A stretch of 64,000 nucleotides of DNA, from positions 8,184,001 to 8,248,000 of the forward strand of contig OX597817.1 in assembly GCA_951406725.2 (NCBI GenBank). Reading direction: 5' to 3'. Source of the DNA: Octopus vulgaris. Taxonomy: Eukaryota. How positions within the stretch are numbered: position 1 is the first letter of the stretch; each line of letters begins with the position of its first letter. A program made the position numbers and the translations under genes. Positions 15,201 through 28,950 of the stretch are shown one piece after another. Under the pieces are notes generated by a model. That model saw only the letters and a list, made by a program, of their open reading frames with translations, was not told where the DNA came from and did no database searches.

Positions 15201-17817
15201 TAAGAAAAAAATAATCTTACTTATAAATGTAACTGTTTTAAATAATGATTTAATTAGATATTTATTAAGCACGTTTTATAGACAGTTTGGATAAAGAAAA
15301 TCTTAAATTTACTTATTTGATCTGAAACCCATTCGAAACATTTTTCACAGGGATCGTGCGTAGGTAAACCTTAAAAAACAAAAAGGAGTTTTTAAGAAAA
15401 ATGTATTAATAAAGAATTTTATAGACTCTGCAGAAACTTTAAAACAAAATTAGCTTTTCCACTATAATAATAATAATAATAATAATAATATTAAACGAGC
15501 CTCAGCTAAATTAATATACCAGAATGTACCGACAAAAAATACTTAAGGATATCAGAAACTTTCATTCTTAACTTTATAATAAATATTATAATAGGAAAAA
15601 AGTTTTCAAACTTTCATAACTTTGACTCACATAAAAAAAAAAACCTAAACAATTTACATTCTTCTCCTTTAACACTCCTAACAAGAACAAAGGAACTTGG
15701 TATCCTTTCAATGTTATAAAGCCCCGACGTTAAAATAATACACCCTTTCCCGCTCTTTATTCTGTTAGGGAGGAGAAGGAAAGGATTACTTTCCGCCGGG
15801 ATCCTTTTGGCAAGTGTATTATGAACATGCAGACAAAGCTTGTTATGAACTTTACTGAAATTGTGTGACCAGCCACTCACTCACTCGCTGCTGTCAACTA
15901 TGATAAACCACCATGGCAAGCAGACAAACATAACACAACATACCTTGACAGTAAAATTCTTATTCTGTGAGACAGTGCACCGAAAGGAACCGCGACCTTT
16001 CATTACTAGTTTATGCCGAATGAAAACAAAAAAGTTTAGGGCTTAAAAAGCCAGGGAAACAGAGAAGACAGAAGGAAGAAATGTGTTGTGTGTGTGTGTG
16101 TGTGTGTGCGCGCGTCTGTAGAGGAAGGGGTCGGGGCGAGATGAAGGAAAGTGCTAAGTTCTTTGTCTTTTCCCGGGATTTCAGACAACGGAAACCCCTT
16201 TTTGGCGAGTGATGAGTAGCTATGCTGCTTAAAATACGACACCGTCGTATTATGTACGGAGAGAGTGGGAGAAAGATTTTGTGGAAGCCATTGTGACTTC
16301 TTAATATTTTATTTCAAATAAATAGTATTTCATTCTCTTTTGAGTCTCCCTGTATCTATCTATCTATCTATCTATCTACACACACACAAACACACTTTAA
16401 AAATATAATTTTTTAAAGAAGTGTGAGTGTGTTGTATTAGCATCCAAAAGTTAGGGAAAATACTAAAGTGTTAACTTTCAGAAATCTTGTACGCTGTCAG
16501 CGTTTTATATAAAGTGCAAAAAAGCAAGAAACTTCAAATTATTACTTTTATTATACTATATAGTTCTCACTGTAAATCGCAATTAATTTGCACTTAGACA
16601 TGCGCATATATAAACATCATGTATATTCATTCATAAATATCTTTTTTTACACACACGCACGTATTGAACTATGATTTTTGTTTTGACAAGTTTGATCGCA
16701 GACCGGTTTCGATTCTGCGAAAGAACTCCTTTCAACAACGTTTACTTTGAGCAATTCCGATCTTCACTTTTGGCTTTTTATGCTTCAATAACTCAGCAAA
16801 AACTTTTATAGAACAAGTCAATAGTAGAAAATCTAAAAATATTGCATGTGGAGCGGTTAGTACTACCCATGGCGAGTGAAAGGAGGAGCAGTTTGTAGAC
16901 TGTTATTCTGACACACCCGTGTTGTTTACAACAAATATATTCTGGTAACTTCAAGCTAGCTATTTATAATATAATCTCCACAAAAAGAAACTACTACTAC
17001 TACTACTCACTACTGAATGATGGATTGGCCGGCTCTTTATGAGACAGTGTCTGGCATCCTCCTGGGGGTCGATAAAATATCAGTCAAATTCTGGGGTTGA
17101 AACAATGGAAGAATTAGTAGAGGTCACTTCACGATCTACGTTCAAATCGCACAGCAGTTTAACTTTGACTAATTCATAAATTATCCCTCACCCACCTCAA
17201 GAAATTATGGCTTTGATACAAAGCTACAAATTATTATCAACATTATTTGTAGCAGTAGTAGTAGTAGTAGCAGTAGTATAAGGAATAGTAGAGGGTTGAA
17301 CTAAACGTACAACTTATCTATAAGTTGAGTTTGAATTCCACCCAAATCGACTTTGCCTAATATGCTTCCTGGGTCTATGAAAACAAGAAACACACCCAGT
17401 TCTTCAATCTACTGTATCCCTTTCTTGCAGAAGAAACATTTAGTTAGCACTGTCCAATCACCAAATATTAGTTCTTTGGATTGGCTTAAGTTAAAATTCT
17501 ATTGTCAGTCAAGTCCCTGTAGAAAAGTAGAGAAAAGATCTGCAGGTTCGAATATGAAGGCGCTGCAAGGGAAGGGATTTCTCAATTAATCAAACAATAG
17601 TATATTTAGATTTGTTGAAATGCGCTGTTGGCGAGTGAAACCCAGGACTTGGTCTTTATGGGTTTCTGACCATACCATTTTGCCCGAAGTCTTCAATGAT
17701 TGCGATGGCGCAAGTGCACAGAAACTAGTCACACGAAGTCTGGTCAATATCTTAGAGAATATTGAACAGAAGCTTCCAGAAATGCTAAGTGAAATGTGTC
17801 AATTTAGGAAGGTTCTT

Positions 17818-17854
<37 letters not shown>

Positions 17855-20584
17855 GCATATCCATGGAGCAGTACGTTGTTCTCAACGATCTCTTCCAAAT
17901 GCTTTAACTTTTACATTTCTCTCTATACGTCCATTCAAAAGTTTGCTTAATAAGCAATAAACTTGCTATACTTCACACGCAGCAGCCAAATGCGAATACT
18001 TTAGAGTTTTCACTTGAGACTTGTTGCATACTGACACACATCTTAATTGCATGAAGTTTGTATAGAGGAAGAAAAGAGAGGAGAACTGGGGAGAGGGGAG
18101 CAATCCTGCGTGGGAGGCATGTAGCAAGTTCAAAAAACCCAAAACTATTGCAGTAAACTTTGGTTACCACAATATATGTAGAAGAGGAACAGTATTTCAC
18201 ATTACAAATTCTATAAGCCATGCAGGAATGTGCTTGAGCCAACGTATGACAGGTTTTAGATGTTTGGATAATGCAGGTATTGAATTTAATTTCCGGTGAA
18301 AGCTTTTTCTTAATACTGAAGATAGGTGATACATATTTGAGCGCCAGCAATTTTCAGCGTCAACTGCTCTGAACAGTGTATATGACACCCAAAAATACAC
18401 ACATACTTGCCATCAATCAGCAGTAACTGGCATCTGTCTTTTAAACCAAGTAAAGTGCAATTATAGTAAGCTGGGTAGTTTGATGACGTTCTTACCACCA
18501 GGGTTAGTGTCAGAAGGTAGGACTGTGTCAGAAGGTAGGACTTTGTGTCAGAAGGCAAGAATTTACTGCTAAAGGAGCAAACCGAACAACCGACACAAAT
18601 ATATTGGAATGAAGACGCTGAGACCTTGAATCAAACCAACAATCGCTGGAAGCATAAAACTACAAGAATCAAGTACAGCACAGTACATTATTCTTACATT
18701 ACTATACAATCTCAGCATGACTACAGATCGATAGCTAGAACCAATAAAAGCGTAATAAAAGCCATAAATCAATAGTTCATAGAAATATCTGCAATAGCAC
18801 TAGTTGCTTAGAAGTAGGTCGGAAAACAAAGGGCTATCTACCCGCCTCCCAACTTCCTCTCCAAATGCTCTATGTTATTCTATAAATTGTAAAAATCGAT
18901 TTGCGGAAAGAGATGTGATTTATTCCCAGATTAGCCTTGAATGAATCGGTATATGACTGAAAATGAGAAGCTAGGATTTAAGGAAGTTTGGCTCCACTAT
19001 TTCCAGGAAGTCCTAGCGTCGATGCTGAGGGATAGTTCGTCAGTGATTTGTTATTTCACCATTTTTAGCTCCAGGTCAGTTCCGACTGAGTAAACCTGAT
19101 TCAAGGCATTCCTGACATGACCATCTTTATTTCTTTTTCAGACAACTAGGACTGCGTTAGTCAATGTGTTCCTTCGTTTTTAAGACAATGAAATTTGAAG
19201 GAGAATTGGGCACTACTTCTAGCATATCGAGTGACCACCTAGAGGCTTCCTTATTAGTTTACTATGATAGTTATGAGTATAGGGATGGGTAACAAATTTG
19301 ACTTATTACATTATCTTCTCTATTCATAAATGGAAACCTTTTAATTTTATGTAATCCTCTACGTGATTGCTTCAACTGTTAGAAATAACAGCCAAAAATC
19401 CCTCAAACACCAGTCTTAAAAGCAAGCAATCTCTTCAATAGAATTTTGACAATTTTTCTGGTACGAGTTATGTTTCTTTAATCTCGCATCCTGAAATTGC
19501 GCTAAGCACAACGAAAGTAATCAGAACACCGTTGGACTAATTACGGTAATGAGAGCTTTTTAGCTCTGACTACTACGTGTCTGTTGTGTGTGTGTGTGCG
19601 CATCGTGGCAGAGTACCTGGCTGGAGAGAGAGAGAATGAGAGAGGCAGCTGTGTCATAGTGCTGTCATTACATTGAAATCTATGATTAAGTTCGATGATT
19701 TATGATAAATCGAAACCGAATCATCTCAATAATAAATAAATAATAAAGGAACTTTATACCACAGACACGTGCGCAAGAAACCCAGAGTTTTAAACGTTTA
19801 AGTATGGCTGATTAAGTGCACACGTATACGACATACGTTAAAACTATATAAATTCCTCAATAATGATCAACTCAGAATGTAAATATATACGTGAGTGAAT
19901 GTGAATAATTTGCTGGGTATGTGTGTGTATGAGTAAGTAGTACATGAATGTTGGTTACTGGTGGCAGAAAATCCAGTAATAAACCGGATAGGTTCTAGTC
20001 TGACAAAGTCACACAGATATACATATATGCGCAAGCATGTGACAGACACACAGCATCACGTCATTAATGACATCAAAGCCTCCTCTATATTCCTCCCACA
20101 CATTGTCTGTCATGCAAAGAAACTATCTAAATGAGTGGGAGACAGAGAGATGCCCAGATCAAAGACTTAACGATTAAATAATGAAATAATAATTCGTCTA
20201 ACTACACATTTTAATTATTTTATCCACTTTAGATGCGTATTTTCAACGCTTTTAATTATTATTCTATATTTCTGTAACTTAAAAAAATTGGTTACCTACC
20301 AACATTGTTGGAGTTTTTTTTAACATAACATTCTCAAGAGTACAATTTGGGAAACCGTTATACATTTTACTTACTAAAATCTCACGTGTAACCAACTTTA
20401 AACATTTCCGATAAACTATTTTTCCAACAATGAAAATATTCTAGAATTCATAAAACATTTCCGAATACATAAAAATACCTATATCAGGTAAAACAGCGAA
20501 GATTACTAACTATTTATAACTAGTATGCTAGTTTAATTTCAATACCATTTACTTATAATTATCGTGTTAATGGATAAGAGAATA

Positions 20585-20760
20585 TCCAGGTGTTAGAATC
20601 GTTAACGCAGACAAAATGCTTTGCGGCGTTTCTTTAAATTCTTTATGTTCTGTGTTCAAATCCGATCGAAGTTACTTCGCATTTCACCCCTCTGAGGTCG
20701 GTAAGTTACAGTACCAGTCAAGTACTAGGATCGATGGTATCAGCTAATCCTTCTCCATAA
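20585..20760 (+). mobile_element. old decayed family-B SINE (similar relics at ~6430-6570, ~17050-17410, ~22180-22390)
   Basis: AGAATCGTTAACGCAGACAAAATGC...GTTCAAATCCG...TTTCACCCCTCTGAGGTCG...GTACCAGTCAAGTACT. Confidence 0.6.
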
Positions 20761-21267
20761 AATCATAAAATCCACACATCTATGTGATTAGTGGTTAGTT
20801 TCTGTAAAGCTGAAGACAAATTTAAGTCGAGATATGCTGAGCGACACAAGTAGTATATGCGTGCATCGCCATGTGCGTGTTCGAATACAACCCCAGTCCA
20901 CGCACGTGTGTTTAGTTTCTGCAGGAGTTAATGTGAAATACCTCCCTTAGCTTACATGAATAAACAGTGAGGGACACACACACACACAGTGACAAAGAAA
21001 CCGAGTACACATTTTTTAATTCTTTATTTTGACAACAAAACTTGAGAAATACCCGTTCGTTCTTAAGTGAAGAAAAAGCTTGTTTCAAATTTACACATTC
21101 CTTAGTTTCAGTGTGAAAATAGCAAGTTATTAGTTGAAGTTTTTCTTTCTTTAATGTGTAATTCCAACTCAGTATAAATGACAAAACTGTTTAGCGACAA
21201 CCCTGACTAATACAGCTCTTTGAAACTCGGTCACAAATACCTTCTAACACACTTCTTACACCACATA

Positions 21268-21595
21268 TAGGAAAAAGTCAAAGAAAAAAAAAAAGTTACA
21301 GGAGAAAAGTCACAAAAATAATTTTACAATATTTCATTTAAGATAATGAATAAAACGTGAATTTGTTTCCTTCTGAAGTAGTATATTATGAAACAAATTG
21401 CCTTATCATTATATAGTCATCATATAATATCAGGTAATAAACTGCTAAAAATTTAATTAAAAGACTGTATAATTCATAAATGAAATGCGACAGTCTCCAT
21501 GTAACTTTTTCTTCAAAGCCAATTTTTTTTTTTTTTTTGTTTTTATGACCGGGTCAAACCCTTAAGTTTGACCAAATTGTGACTTTATATCCATT
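21268..21595. mobile_element. possible decayed MITE with subterminal GAAAAAGTCACA-type repeats
   Basis: GGAAAAAGTCA / AAAAGTTACA / GAAAAGTCACA at left; inverted TGTAACTTTTTC and TGTGACTTTATATCC at right. Confidence 0.35.
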
Positions 21596-24241
21596 CACCT
21601 TACGCCATTACTTTTTCCCAAAGACACACCCTCTGTCACTATTTCAGTTATTTCCCTTCGATGTCTCTAGAAACTACCTGTATTGTCTGTTTCTACATTA
21701 AAATACACACCCAGTCCGTAACTAGGTTATGATGCTCACTCACACAGCACAATCTGTTCCACCTCCTCTTTTCAGTTATTAAGCTCATCAACGTACGTAC
21801 AATATCCACCAAATAACCAAATGAGTTCACTACAGTACATAACCCTCACCTTTCGATCTCCAACTTCGATCTATAACACACAATCTTAAGAAAAATCACT
21901 ATCTGTTCTATTGCAGAATATCAGAAAAATAATGAGAGTATTTAATAACTAAATAATTAGTATTGTACTATCACACTTTCTGAAGAACTTTTATTTATTT
22001 ATTTTATTTTATTTTTCAAGAATGAAAATGCAATTACAAACGAAATATATTTACACACATTATAAATAAGCGCCAGGCCATAATTTTAAGTTGTGATAAA
22101 GTACAGGTCGAACTTCCACATCTGATATTACTTTCATTGTAGAATGATAAAAAAAAAACCCAACTATATTATCGGTTTCTTGGTACAAAGCCTTAAATAC
22201 TTTTATATGGTATATACTCAATTACATCAACCTTACAAACTCGGCTGATACTTTATTTTATCGACCCCCGGAAGAACGATAAAAAAGCAAAAAAAAGCAA
22301 AAAAAAAAAGATCTTAGCCGGATTTGAACTCAGAACACACACCAAGAGCTGTAATTGACTATTGCTCTACCCATTCTGCTAATATGCTCGTTTCTTCTGC
22401 AATAGAGCCAGGATAACGATATTGACCAACCAGTGAGTGATTCGTACACACACACCGAGCAACAACCAAGTCACCGATGACGCAATATATAAATACTGGT
22501 GGAGCTAGTAACCAGCTCGTCTTGTGAGTGGAGTTGGAGCTAGGAGGAAGGCATTCAACAGTTTTGCCTGCTGATCTACCTCACACCACACACTCTTTCA
22601 TTTAATCATTGAATGAAACTCAAGTTTTTTTTATTCGCCGTTACTACGCAGTAAAGCCGACTACCGCTTTTTAGTATTTGTTATATATTGAGAGTAAACC
22701 CGTATATATAACTAAACTGGGCTTTCTTATTCCATTTCGCTACAATGAAGTCACTGAACAGACATTTCGCAATCCTTTCGGTATTGATACACGACGTCAT
22801 TTACCCACACGACCTTCCCTCGTGACATACATAAAAAGGCTAGGCTGAAAAAAGAGGGGAATGACGGCGTCTCCTCACACCGACATTCCAGATACCAATA
22901 TCGAAGGATCGCCCATTTTTCTATTTATATAACTCTCGTTTAAAAAAAACAAACAAACAAAAAAAAAACACGAAAAGAGGTTTCTTGACGCACAGCCCCT
23001 AAATCAACTCTGATTGAGGACCCTATGATTAAAGGTGCTTCACCCGTGACCATCCCATTTTCTTTTTAAGATTACGTTGTTCAGTATGTTCTTACTTTTG
23101 TAGGATGACAGGGTTTAATTTTGAAGAAAATTTAGCTGTTTCTAGCTTGTCAAGCAACTACGAAGAGGTTATCTGCCAAATCTATTTGCGCAAATGTAAG
23201 CATATCTAGAGGTAGCATATAGCAGGGTCGGTTAGAAAGTAAACATTTGCTGGAAATGTTTTCTCAAAGCGAATTTAAAAACATTAGCCATTTGACAAAG
23301 AGGACTTTTGTTTCGGTTTGTCTATTCATTAGTTAAAAAACTACTTTCGTGAAACCCAATCATAGCTCCTTTTTGAGTAAGGCAAAATAAAATATTAGCC
23401 AGTTTGCCATAAAGCAGCACCACGAGGTCGTTAATTGGGGCACTCGACAATAATTTCCTCGGGCTCACTAAAAGACAGCCTTTACCCCGATCTATATATA
23501 CATCCATTTGAAACAAACGAAATGTTCTATATGTCTAAACTTGTGATCTCCAACACACGAATCATCTGCAAATATGATTTAACTGCGTCATTTCTTGAAT
23601 GATTAAGAAATTTAACTATTAAATTTAGTAATCGTTGCAGAGACCAACGTACTCTCTTCGCAAGAAAACCCTAGTTCTTAAACTACCAAAATCACACGAA
23701 AATCTATGACTTGGACACTTTTAGCACTCAGCTCCTCATATATATATAACTTGTGGCATTTTAATCCCGCTGTTCATTCTGAAATGTAGCGAGGTCACTT
23801 ACCAAGAATGTTACTCAAGGCGGGGCATAATTCGAGCTACCACGTAAACATTCAAATATTTTATTAGTAGTCATACATAGAAACTAGTATCACAGGCTTA
23901 CACAGCCTGACTAATCATGTCCTTATATCACAAACGGAAATATCAGACTTGGTACCTAACTACGGAGAACTAAAAGTCGGAGGAGTCTAAGAAATATCTC
24001 AAAATTCTTGTAGACAATAATTAATTTTTTTTTTTTTTAAATGAGATACAGATGAGAAAAATTAAATACGGGTTAACAAACCCAATTGAAAATGCTTATA
24101 AATTCTAGAGCTCCGAATCAACATATATTAATTACGCGAGACAATTACAGTCAACTTTCATGAAACACCCGACAAAAAGAAAATAACACCAGGTCAAATC
24201 TTCGTGAAAAAAATAACTTTTAGGTAAAATTATGCACTTAC

Positions 24242-24511
24242 TTTACAAATGGATTCTCTGTTGGTATGTGTGTTGTGTGCCTTGTAAACATTCCGGTCTT
24301 TATATTCACGCAGTTCTATGAGAGTATATTTTTCCAGTTGTAAGTTCCCGCAGGCCTTAGGAAAGTCCGGTGTGTATGATGGTTGTAAGTCGGGACTAAG
24401 ATTACCCGGGTTAGTCGCCGGTGTGGGATCCACAACCTCGGCAGTTTTTTCCTCCCGAGGGGATGCATAATATGACGGTGTTCTAGGGCGGGATCGAGAG
24501 AACCCACTCAT
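24242..24511 (-). CDS. TRIB2: Tribbles homolog, first coding exon (N-terminus to kinase N-lobe); alternative in-frame ATG at 24544
   Basis: MSGFSRSRPRTPSYY...LSPDLQPSYTPD...LEKYTLIEL...NVYKAHNTHTNRESICK resembles the TRIB2 N-terminus (MNIHRSTP...FSPNL...IGKYLLLE...HVFRAVHLHSGEELVCK). Ends at a phase-0 GTAAGT donor. Likely acceptor is TAG (24640-24638) or CAG (24636-24634). Confidence 0.87.
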
Positions 24512-25834
24512 AGGGGTGCAGTGCAAACTGAAGGAGTCAGTCATAGATAGGACCACGCGAAGATCTCCCTTTATAAATAACCGTGAACAAAGTTTTGCCA
24601 GAAAATAAGGTAGCAAGTTGAATGAGGATGTGACTGTCTATATATAAATAAATATATATATAGACAGAGAAGAAATATAAATTAAGTATGTATATAATAC
24701 AAAGATTTATAACAGTTTATTATATATACATGTGTGTGTGTGTGTATTTACAAAAGAAAAATCTGCACTTGATACGTGGCGAGTTAAAGATGATGTAAAT
24801 CAAGGGATATCTAGATTTTACTGTTTACAAACAGCAGCTTGTCGGAATAACGGACAGTTTATTAATTAATTATTATTATTGTATTGCTAAAGATTCCTGC
24901 ACTATTTTCATCTATGATACAACGCAAATGAAAGTTTCGTCAGATTGTCGATTGGAATGTAAGGTTGCTGCCCTCGTGGTGTCCAGAGTTAAATGATGGT
25001 GATATCAACAATGATGATGATGATGATATAATGCTCTTGATGACGTTAATGACTTGAAAATGAGAAATAGCTATAACAATGCCAAATAATTGTGCCGCTT
25101 GTCTTAACTTTTACACTATTTAAATGCCCTTTTGTGTCTCCTCTGAATATTTTTATATACAGATCCTTTAACAAAATACTGTTTTCTCAATTTGGCTCAT
25201 AACTTGATTCAATAAATAAATTTTATATATATTTATATAAAGATATTTAATATTTATGTATAAAGGTATGTTTGAACATATCACTATCTATATCTTATAC
25301 ATTAGGAGTCTATGTACCACCAGTGTATATGTAGTTCTTATAACATATGAAAAAAGTTTGTCTCAGATATGTCTGGTATTTCGAAAGGTAATTAAAAGGT
25401 ACTAAGTATGTAATGAATTATTCAAACTATTACTGAAATAGGGTAAGCAACAAGCTGTTGAGTGGATTGGAAACTCTAATACAAAAAAGATTAAGGTTAC
25501 TATTAGAATACAAATGCAATAGGTGCGAATAATTAAAGGTGGTGGCTAAGAGACATCAAGGCATAGATTTCATAGATGCAGCTGCAATAATCATTATGGC
25601 ATTCATCTTTTGTACAGTGTTAATTCTAGCAGATGTTGCGGTCTTGGCAGTGGCGGTAGTGGCTTTCTCTGTGTACGATTCCATTATGACTCTTAAAAAA
25701 ACTATGTTAACTGTTAGCCATCAGCCAAAACAACACCAGTTTTCGCCACATTTTGTATTCTATGGGATTCATTTTGGCAGCGGACAGAGGTATGTAGAAT
25801 CAAATAATTATAAAACAATCACAGACATAGAGTT

Positions 25835-25874
<40 letters not shown>

Positions 25875-26062
25875 TGAACAGACTAGTGTGTAACCTTCAC
25901 AGTAAAGGTGTTAGGTTACATATAATACAACTATGTACATATATACAATAAAAAAATACTAAGATAATTTTACGTATACATATTCATATATTTTATCCAC
26001 AAATGAAATAATTAAAACAGTTTGTTAGTCAGTGTCATGTGGTGTTGAAATAATGGTTTTAC

Positions 26063-26673
26063 CTATTAATGAGGCGTCCGATTTTGCATGAGATCGCTTT
26101 AGATCTCGTAATTACGTCGCAGGTGGTTGCTTTTAAGACGATGATATTAAGGTGCTAGAAAACTCTTGTTTTAACAGTTGATCAATAATAATAATAATAG
26201 TTTCTTTCATCCGTATAAACTTGTAAATATATCCCGTAATTGTTTTCGTTTTTTTTTTTTTTACTTAATTTGTTAATGATTCAAAACAATAATGAAACAA
26301 TGTATAAATATATAATTTACAGAAGATTGTGTAAATTATATATGAGAATACTCATGTAATAGTTTTTATGTGTACAAAAGATATATAAAATATATCTTAT
26401 ATTATTTACAGCTGTCTTAAAAAGCAGCTGATTATTCAATGAAATATATATACTGTATATAATATATCCAATTGATTGTAACAACGAAAAAATATATGTT
26501 CCTTTGTGACTGTAGGGGGAGTCTCCTCGTGTTGTAACCACTTTCTTTGTTTTTCTTCAACCCCTAAACAAAGTACTTCCAGGACAGGGAGGGGCGTGTT
26601 ACGAGACACGACACCCCTTCACGACGGAACACTCAACACTGGAATCCACTGCTAGCGGGCACCCACAGTGACT
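26063..26673 (-). other. putative non-coding first exon (5' UTR) of Tribbles
   Basis: Starts at the Inr at 26673. Best donor seen is AG|GTAAAA at 26062-26061, but the 3' boundary is uncertain. Confidence 0.35.
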
Positions 26674-26765
26674 GAAATAATCAGGCGCGAGGCTCTTATA
26701 TATATGAGACCGAATCACTATCTAGAGTGGGCGGTTATTCGGTCGACGCTCGCTGTCAGCCAATG
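26668..26765 (-). promoter_or_regulatory. Tribbles core promoter: CCAAT, GC box, TATA, Inr
   Basis: Minus strand TATATAAG at 26702-26695 and TCAGT Inr with A at 26673 (about 29-31 nt spacing). GTGGGCGG at ~26727-26734, CCAAT at 26760-26764, locally CpG-rich, about 2 kb upstream of the first coding exon. Confidence 0.72.
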
Positions 26766-27520
26766 AGCTGTAGACAACGAAAGAAATCTCTAATTAATAC
26801 GCCATAGAAAAATAAACTAAAAACACACAAATGGTTGTCGCGGTCTCTGTATCTAAGTCGCTATGTTTCTGGTACGAAATATAAATGTAGACGTTTACTC
26901 GAGGTTTCTTGAAATTTTCTTAATTCCTTATAGAATTTCGTGTGTGAATTATAAAAAATACAGACAGTAAATGTTTATATGAACCGAATAGTTTGTTTTC
27001 TATTAGGGACTATTTTGCAGCTGTGTCGACTTGGTTATTTTTAGAAACTCTTGTTATAGCCTAACATTTATGTATGACTGTATGATGTGATTAGACATGT
27101 GCGTGTGATTGCGTAGTAAATAAGGAGGGATAAGAAGGTGTGTGTGTGTGAAAGAGACTAATAGAGTCATAAAGGATAGGCAGAGAGGAACAGAATAACG
27201 ATATTATGAACGATAAAACAAGGGAGTGAGAGAAGAGAGGAAAAAAAGTATTAGGAAGATATGATGTTTAATGGAAAGAGAGAGAGACGGATAAAATGTT
27301 ATTGCGCAATGATAGAGTGTTTGTGAAATTGAGGAAGAAAGGGAAAACTAGTGAAAAGAGAATAAGAGAGAGATGTATTTGGAGGGAAAGGCAGAGAGAT
27401 AAGCGGTACTGCGCAATGGAAAAGAGAGACAATGTAGAGAGATAGAAATTATGAATATGGGTGAAAAATTTACGTTAGGAATTGAGAGAACGTGGGAGAG
27501 GAAAAGATAGAAGGAGATAG

Positions 27521-27561
<41 letters not shown>

Positions 27562-28305
27562 AGAAGATAATGAGAAAGATAGATAGATAGAGAGAGAGAG
27601 AAGAACATTATGAGAAAGATAGATAGAGAGAGAGAGAGAGAGCAGAAGATAATGACAAAGTAAGGAATAAATATAGTTAAAAATACGTAGAGGCAACATA
27701 TGAGAGAACGGGTGGAGATTTGAAATGGAAAGATTGGCAAAATGGGAAAGGAAGAAGGAATGAAATATTGTTACACACATACACACACACACAAATGCAC
27801 ACATGCACAAACATGCATACACGCACATACATGTACACACACGCACACACAACGTACACACACACACAACGTATAACATACATTGTGTGTGTGTGTGTGT
27901 GTGTGTGGTATTGCTCGATGAAAGACAATGATTAAAAATTAGACGGTTAAGGTGTTGTGGAAGAGAAGGAGTGCCGAAGGATAGGAGAAGAAGAGATAAC
28001 AAAGGCAAAAAGTTGTAACGTAAAGGGAGTGTGAGAAGGTGTGTGAGGAGAGGAGAGGAAATACAAAGTTGAACGGGGATTGTGGAAAGCATTAAAGAGG
28101 GACAAAGGTTGACAGAAAGGGAGTGGGTATTTCTGTATTATACAAACATATACTTGGTAGGTCTGGAATTAAATAAGTCGAAGGCACAGAAGTTTTTCCC
28201 TTGAAATTATATTCTGAAACGAATATTAAATATGTGTGTCTTGTATTCAACTTAGGCACGTGAGAAACCAGGCCCGTAACTTTTTGTCGTTCCCTTTTGA
28301 CTTAT

Positions 28306-28511
28306 ACTCTTTTACTCTTTTACTTGTTTCAGTCATTTGACTGCGGCCATGCTGGAGCACCACCTTTAATCGAGCAAATCGACCCCCGGGACTTATTCTT
28401 TTTGTAAGCCCAGTACTTATTCTATCGGTCTCTTTTTGCCGAACCGCTAAGTGACGGGGACATAAACACCCCAGCATCGGTTGTCAAGCAATGCTAGGGG
28501 GACAAACACAA

Positions 28512-28553
<42 letters not shown>

Positions 28554-28672
28554 GACAGGCTTCTTTCAGTTTCCGTCTACCAAATTCACTCACAAGGCTT
28601 TGGTTGGCCCGAGGCTATAGTAGAAGACACTTGCTCAAGGTGCCATGCAGTGGGACTGAACCTGGAACCATG
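28306..28672 (-). mobile_element. tRNA-derived SINE, family A (5'-truncated)
   Basis: Matches the other family-A copies; internal (TA)n; tail GGTGCTCCAGCATGGCCGCAGTCAAATGACTGAAAC-(AAGAGTA)n. Confidence 0.9.
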
Positions 28673-28950
28673 TTACGTGAGGAATGGTTTAGTAAATTCA
28701 ATGCATAGATATCTTTGATTTTAATTTTTTATATATTAGTAACCGATGTAAAATATAGGTAGGGTTTACAGTTGAATAGCATCATCATCGTTTAACGTCC
28801 GTTTTCCATGCTAGCATGGGTTTGGTAAAAATTCTCAATGCAAGATTTAAAAGTTTAGATACAGATGAGCTGAAAAGAAAGCAGTAAGGATGGATGAGAT
28901 AGTCGGTTTTTGGTGGCGCTGATATACTGTCCAGTTTAGAAGAATTAAGC

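Larger units (their letters stand above)
1444..24241 (-). other. 22,798-bp GT-AG intron of the Tribbles gene
   Basis: Donor AAA|GTAAGT at 24241 and acceptor TTACAG|GTG at 1444 join ICK|VFP in frame, matching the Tribbles VCK|VF junction. Confidence 0.88.
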
